NCBI GenBank assembly: GCA_965205655.1
Contig: CBDBIJ010000015.1
Span: 12,971-76,970, forward strand
Direction of reading: 5' to 3'
Source: Candidatus Latescibacterota bacterium
Lineage (GTDB): Bacteria > Latescibacterota > UBA2968 > UBA8231
DNA length: 64,000 bases
Shown: one piece after another, positions 59,512 to 64,000 of the stretch
How the letters are laid out: each line of letters begins with the position of its first letter
Numbering within the stretch: position 1 is the first letter of the stretch
Translations under genes and position numbers: made by a program
Notes under the pieces: model-generated
What the model was told of the DNA's origin: nothing
The model's database searches: none
Seen by the model: the letters and a program-made list of their open reading frames with translations, nothing else

Positions 59512-61758
59512 CTATCTCAACTGCAGTATCCGCGTCTGTAGCGGAAGCGTTTTCAGCTCCACCCAACCGTCCCGAACTGACATCGCGTTCCCCCCCCTCG
59601 TCTCAACCGCCAGGCCCATTACTTCATAGGTGTCGAAGATGACATCGAGCTGCGCGACCGGCTTTGCCAGGTAGTCGCAGCGAAATCGGACAGTTCGGGG
59701 GCGACGAAAGTCCAGGTTGTGAATCACCAGGGCTGCGTCGTGTTCACCATAGCGGCAGTATGCGAAGACGAGATCTTCGGGATCGCCCCCCTCGAACTCG
59801 TTTCGGTGGTAGTAGACGAGACCCGTCCGGAACACGTTCCACTCCTTCATCCTTTCTTTCAGAAGGCCGTATGACTGCGACAACCGAGATCCGAGCATCG
59901 TTTCGCTCGCCTCTGTCCCCAGCAGACATTCGTTTTCGAAGTCCGTCTGCGCCTCTTCGCCCCATTCACTGCCCAGCTCTAGCCCGTAGACGATATTCGT
60001 GCCGGCCCCAACCACGCCGTTTGCGCCCGATGCAGCCATGCCGGCCGTGGCGTTGATGAGCGAAGCCTGCAGGTTTTTGAGCAGGGCCATCGTCAGTGGA
60101 GGATGATCCTCGGCCGGGGGATTTTCCGCCAACGCCCACTGGGCAGCCAGCCCCAGCTCGTCGGCGCACGCCTGTGAGAAGCGCTCGTGCCAGACTCGCG
60201 TCGCTCTGGGGCTGTCGTGGTTCTCGAAGTAGGCCATGGCTACCGTGTGGGCCGGCAGTTGGGAGTGCATCTCCTCTAGGAGCCTGATCAGCGGTTCGGC
60301 GGTGGCCACGTCCCGGTGAAGATCGACAACGAGAGCGTAGATCATGTCCGCCGGTACGTCCGTTGCCTCCTGCAGCGGGCAGAGGGTCTCTCCCAGAACG
60401 AGGGCGTCTTCTTTGATGGCGTTGATCCTGTTCTTGATTCGCTTGAGAAAGGGTCTGTCCAGCGTCTGGCTCGCGTCGATGCGGACGCCGTCCAGATCGC
60501 AGGTCTGCATCCAGTATGGCGCGACGCCGAGGAGATATTCCTGAAGGGGCTCGTTGAACGTCAAATCGAGGAGCGCTACGTCTGAATAGACGAGCCAGGC
60601 GATCTGGTGGATAGTGGGTCTGCCTTCGTCATCCGTGATGTACCATTCCGGATTCGTTCGGATGAGGGGGTTGTCCCTGCTCGTCTGCGCCAGCACGAGA
60701 TCGAAGATGACCCGCTTTCCGAGCTCGTGCGCCCGCCTCGTCAGTGCCCTCAATTCGGCTCTACCCAGCAGCTGAATGAGATTGTCCCGCCCCCATCGTC
60801 GCATCAGTTCGAACGCATCGAAATCGGCCAGCTCTGCGGATGACGCGAGCGGTATCTCCGTTTCGAGCAGATCGTTGGCCACGATCAGATCCTCACCCAC
60901 GAGACGGCGCAGGTCTGCTTGCTCGGGAGGTGTAACGAGATCGGGATCGAGCGCGAAAAAATCCGCCACGGCGTATGGGCTCCCCAGTTGCCCCTTGCGG
61001 ACATCTTGGCCGGTGTGCAGGTCGAAGTAGCCGGGCTTGAAGAACGGCAATAGGTAGACGACATCGACTGGCAGTCTCTCCAGCCGGTCTGTGACATGGG
61101 CGAAGCGGCCGCTGACGAAACGCCCCTGCGCGTCCGTCGTCGCTCCCGTTTTGCGCGTGCACACTTCCATCACTGAGGGACATTGCCTGACCCATTCCGG
61201 GCTCACGACGATGAGGCCGTCTTCGTTCTCGGCGATGTCGTTGAGAGACACCCATGCCTTGTGCGGCGAGTTCGGCTCGTGGGCGTCGCCGGAAAACTGC
61301 ACTGTGTAGCTGAACACACCGGTCTTTTCGAGGTGCAAAGGGTCAGACTCGAACTGCAGGTTCTGTCCGGAGAGGAGCGGTGCACCATTGTTGCTACAGC
61401 ACAGGCGCATGGCAATATGCCTTCCGTGCGCCAGCGCCGCCGCCGCCTGTCCCGACGAGGCCCCGATCGTCTCGACTACCCGATCATTGGCGTCGGTCCA
61501 GAGACGCACATCTACCGCCCCTTCTCGGACTTGCGCCGCCGGGATCGCGGCGACGAACAGCTCGACCTGCACGCGCGCCTCGACGGACGGTCGCCGAGGG
61601 TCGATGTATACGCGAGCGAGTTTAGAAGGGAAGAATCGCCCTTCGAGATCGATAGAGAGATTCCCCGCCCACACGAGCCAGTTGTCGAAGTGACGGGGGC
61701 GGTAGGTGAGGTGGAGTTGCCGGTGAAAGATCTCTCGGCAGCTGTTCGCGCCGCTCAC
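59512..61758 (-). CDS. Alpha-amylase-superfamily (GH13-like) glycoside hydrolase.
   Basis: GH13-like motifs DGVRIDA and LVLGE. 748 aa; the subfamily is unclear. Confidence 0.5.
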   Translation of the reverse strand: MSGANSCREIFHRQLHLTYRPRHFDNWLVWAGNLSIDLEGRFFPSKLARVYIDPRRPSVEARVQVELFVAAIPAAQVREGAVDVRLWTDANDRVVETIGASSGQAAAALAHGRHIAMRLCCSNNGAPLLSGQNLQFESDPLHLEKTGVFSYTVQFSGDAHEPNSPHKAWVSLNDIAENEDGLIVVSPEWVRQCPSVMEVCTRKTGATTDAQGRFVSGRFAHVTDRLERLPVDVVYLLPFFKPGYFDLHTGQDVRKGQLGSPYAVADFFALDPDLVTPPEQADLRRLVGEDLIVANDLLETEIPLASSAELADFDAFELMRRWGRDNLIQLLGRAELRALTRRAHELGKRVIFDLVLAQTSRDNPLIRTNPEWYITDDEGRPTIHQIAWLVYSDVALLDLTFNEPLQEYLLGVAPYWMQTCDLDGVRIDASQTLDRPFLKRIKNRINAIKEDALVLGETLCPLQEATDVPADMIYALVVDLHRDVATAEPLIRLLEEMHSQLPAHTVAMAYFENHDSPRATRVWHERFSQACADELGLAAQWALAENPPAEDHPPLTMALLKNLQASLINATAGMAASGANGVVGAGTNIVYGLELGSEWGEEAQTDFENECLLGTEASETMLGSRLSQSYGLLKERMKEWNVFRTGLVYYHRNEFEGGDPEDLVFAYCRYGEHDAALVIHNLDFRRPRTVRFRCDYLAKPVAQLDVIFDTYEVMGLAVETRGGNAMSVRDGWVELKTLPLQTRILQLR

Positions 61759-61774
61759 GGGGAGAAGGCTCAGC

Positions 61775-62758
61775 TTAGTTGTGGCTCTTGTGGTAGTGCG
61801 CCCTGAGGAGATCCTCGCCGAAGTTTCTCGTCAAATCGTGCCATACGGCGTGGATGTGATTGGCATCGTTTTGCGTGTTGTCGTATTCGGCCATGAAGGT
61901 CGGCCCCTGTAGTCGGTAGTAGTGACGGCCTCGCCGCTCGTGTGAGCCCGCCCAAGCAAAGTGGATCCGGTCGAGATCCGCACGCTCGAGCCTGTCCATC
62001 TCGAACGTGGCCACCGTTTTCGGCAACCGCGACACGTACACCTCCACGAGGGTTCGCAGCGCCTGTCGCTGGCTCTCGGTCATTTGCCGGCCCGCAAGTC
62101 CGGGCGGTTGCAGCTCCTCGCGCACGAATGGGGCGTTTCTGGTCAGGATGTCGTCGGGGGCCTCGCTGCTGACGACGGCAATCCGCTTCTGTTCGCCATC
62201 GAGGTCATAGAGGAGTTCCCGGGCCGTGTCTTCCTCGTCCTTGAGGGCCCGTAGCCCTGAGTGTTCGCCGTGACGCACTTCGGCGGGGTTGGCGCCAAAG
62301 AAATTCGGCGTTGACGATGCGAGACAGCCGTTCACGATGGTGTTGTTCAGCGACAGATGGTGTCCTTCGAAGCGCCAGCCCCAGGGATCGTCGGCACCCA
62401 CGATTCCGAACACACTCATGTAGTAGAGCTCCGGGTCGCGGACAAATTTTGCCCCGGCTCCCTCGATTTCACCCAGGATCGGCTCCAGCCCGATGATCGT
62501 CTTCGCCCTGGCGTGGGCCGCGTCGCTCAAACCGGTGGCTGCCAGGTCGAGCGCCGCCTGTTGTTGGCGTCGATCCATTTCCTTGAGCGGCAACCCCCTC
62601 CTCGGCCTGGGAACGTAGTGCCAGTTCGTTCGTTCCTCGTCGTCGCCGAAATCGATGACAGCTTTGCGGCGCTGCTCTTGCCCGAGTTCCTGCAGAAAAC
62701 GATTCGCAGCCTCCGCCATTCGCTTTGCCGTCTCTCTGAGTTGAGTTGAGTCGATCAT
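61775..62758 (-). CDS. DUF3500-like protein.
   Basis: Resemblance to DUF3500-family proteins (e.g. WRFEGHHLSLNNTIVNG, HYYRLQGPTFMAEYDNTQNDANHIHAVWHD), but the family assignment is tentative and not based on a pinned conserved motif. Start taken at MIDSTQLRE. Confidence 0.6.
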   Translation of the reverse strand: MIDSTQLRETAKRMAEAANRFLQELGQEQRRKAVIDFGDDEERTNWHYVPRPRRGLPLKEMDRRQQQAALDLAATGLSDAAHARAKTIIGLEPILGEIEGAGAKFVRDPELYYMSVFGIVGADDPWGWRFEGHHLSLNNTIVNGCLASSTPNFFGANPAEVRHGEHSGLRALKDEEDTARELLYDLDGEQKRIAVVSSEAPDDILTRNAPFVREELQPPGLAGRQMTESQRQALRTLVEVYVSRLPKTVATFEMDRLERADLDRIHFAWAGSHERRGRHYYRLQGPTFMAEYDNTQNDANHIHAVWHDLTRNFGEDLLRAHYHKSHN

Positions 62759-62796
62759 GGTCACGTTATCGCGTTTTGATGGCTGGCCACGCCTCC

Positions 62797-63546
62797 TCAC
62801 GGGCGACGGGAAGCCAGATCGTCGCCGAGGTCGATGGTTGTAACCTCTTCGTCCGCTATCCCGACAGCAATGCGCAAGAAGCCAAGTACCTCATTCCCAG
62901 AGTTATAGATGCCGTGGCCTTCGCCGATTCCCTGAAACGTCACCGACCCCGGTTCCACTCGAAAGGTATCGCCATCGATCGTCATGTACCCTCTACCCTC
63001 GAGGACGACGAACGACTCCTCCAGGCCGCCGTGGTTGTGGTAGCCGACGGAGCTGTCGGGCGCCAGCACGGCGTGGTCGAGGAAGGTCCAGCTGCTCTCG
63101 AAATCGGAGTGGACCCAGATGTGCCGTGTGGCGATTCGACCTCGGCCCCCGTGTATGGCCGGTCGCCAGGACAGCTTCTCCTCGTCGACGGCCTCGATGC
63201 CGAAACTCCCTCCACCGTCTCGTGCGCCGGCGACACGGACGACGATTGCGGAAACGCTCGAATCGGAGGTGTTGACGAGGTGGTGGGGTGCTCCGGCACA
63301 TCTCAAGACGCTCGGAGCCTGTACTGCCGCCTCGAATCCTTCGCTGTGGAATTCGCACGAACCCGCGAGCAGGAGGTAGCCGTACTCGCACGCCTCGAAC
63401 ACCGGGGTGTGTGAGTCGCTAGGTTCGAGGTGAATGCGGCGCAAGGGTAACCAGGGCGTTTGCTGTTGTGCTCCGGGCGAGGCTGGCGCTGCTGATTCGT
63501 CGCCTTGTGCCGCGTCAGCCAGTTCCCCGATTTGCGCGTGCTTCAT
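62797..63546 (-). CDS. Bicupin (cupin-2 domain) protein.
   Basis: Two cupin motifs (HxH...E ... H), for example YHNHGGLEESFVVLEGRG. The start is uncertain; the track ORF extends to 63828. Confidence 0.5.
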   Translation of the reverse strand: MKHAQIGELADAAQGDESAAPASPGAQQQTPWLPLRRIHLEPSDSHTPVFEACEYGYLLLAGSCEFHSEGFEAAVQAPSVLRCAGAPHHLVNTSDSSVSAIVVRVAGARDGGGSFGIEAVDEEKLSWRPAIHGGRGRIATRHIWVHSDFESSWTFLDHAVLAPDSSVGYHNHGGLEESFVVLEGRGYMTIDGDTFRVEPGSVTFQGIGEGHGIYNSGNEVLGFLRIAVGIADEEVTTIDLGDDLASRRP

Positions 63547-64000
63547 TCCATCTCCGAGCTCGATCTCCGGCACGCCTCTTGCAAATCCTGCGATTGAGAC
63601 GCGCTTCCCTCTTGTAGACGCGTCTCCTCTCCGAAGGCGAGAAGGTACGCCCGCCACGGATGACCGACAACGAGAGGGCTCTTCCGTCGGCTTGACTATC
63701 GGCCTGGTGAAGACTACATAGACGGATCCTTTGACCATAGGAGGCGTAATGACCGGCTTCTTCGCGTCGCTGCTTGACTGACACCTCGTGGCGGCCGACG
63801 TCATCGCTCTCGTCCTGCCGTCCTTCACGCCAGTTGGAACTTCGCTGTCCGCAGGGTCGCCGGCGATCTTCTCGTCATCTGGCTTGGATGGCTCGCAGCC
63901 GCCTTTCTGTACGCCCCCTTCGGATTGTGGCTCATCTGGAACAGTCCCGATGCCATCCGGCTGACACCGAAGGTGGCCGGCTGCGTCGTCGGCACCGGGC

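Overview
This is a 64 kb, high-GC (about 65-67%) bacterial chromosomal segment, dense in housekeeping and envelope genes and probably from a T9SS-bearing lineage. Recognisable genes are: a rhomboid protease and a NUDIX hydrolase; an ABC ATPase/ABC-2 permease/GldG-like/DUF4340 cluster; the gltB-gltD glutamate synthase operon with a divergent Lrp/AsnC regulator; an NCS2 purine permease; the pntAA-pntAB-pntB transhydrogenase genes; hpf; citrate synthase; an SGNH hydrolase; a 1924-aa C25 (gingipain-like) peptidase with a T9SS-type C-terminal sorting domain; a receiver-HDOD regulator; cspA; a sigma-70 family factor; tRNA-Leu(CAA); an NfeD-NfeD-FloA flotillin operon; a Gfo/Idh/MocA oxidoreductase; the HrpA helicase; a GH13-like hydrolase; a DUF3500 protein; and a bicupin. 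What stands out is how many independent gene-disrupting lesions the window holds. An IS66-family element with an 8-bp target-site duplication and perfect terminal repeats splits an ABC_ATPase-family gene. An IS1182-like and an IS1380-like element sit back to back inside the pntAB/pntB junction. A hybrid histidine kinase (HisKA-HATPase-REC-REC-Hpt) is riddled with in-frame stops, frameshifts and a deletion, and abuts a head-to-head kinase C-terminal remnant. A secretin gene carries a 1-nt frameshift. A radical-SAM SPL-like ORF begins in a frame-shifting 17-bp tandem duplication. I found no CRISPR array, restriction-modification genes or recognisable defence genes. The candidates I consider most novel are the degraded signalling locus with its orphaned atypical response regulator, the fused double-GldG transporter accessory protein, the orphan secretin-lipoprotein pair, and the T9SS-type giant peptidase neighbourhood. 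Some manually derived coordinates in this answer did not reconcile with the ORF track; where they disagree I have used the track's coordinates, and boundaries I placed by eye should be read as accurate to about +/-2 nt.
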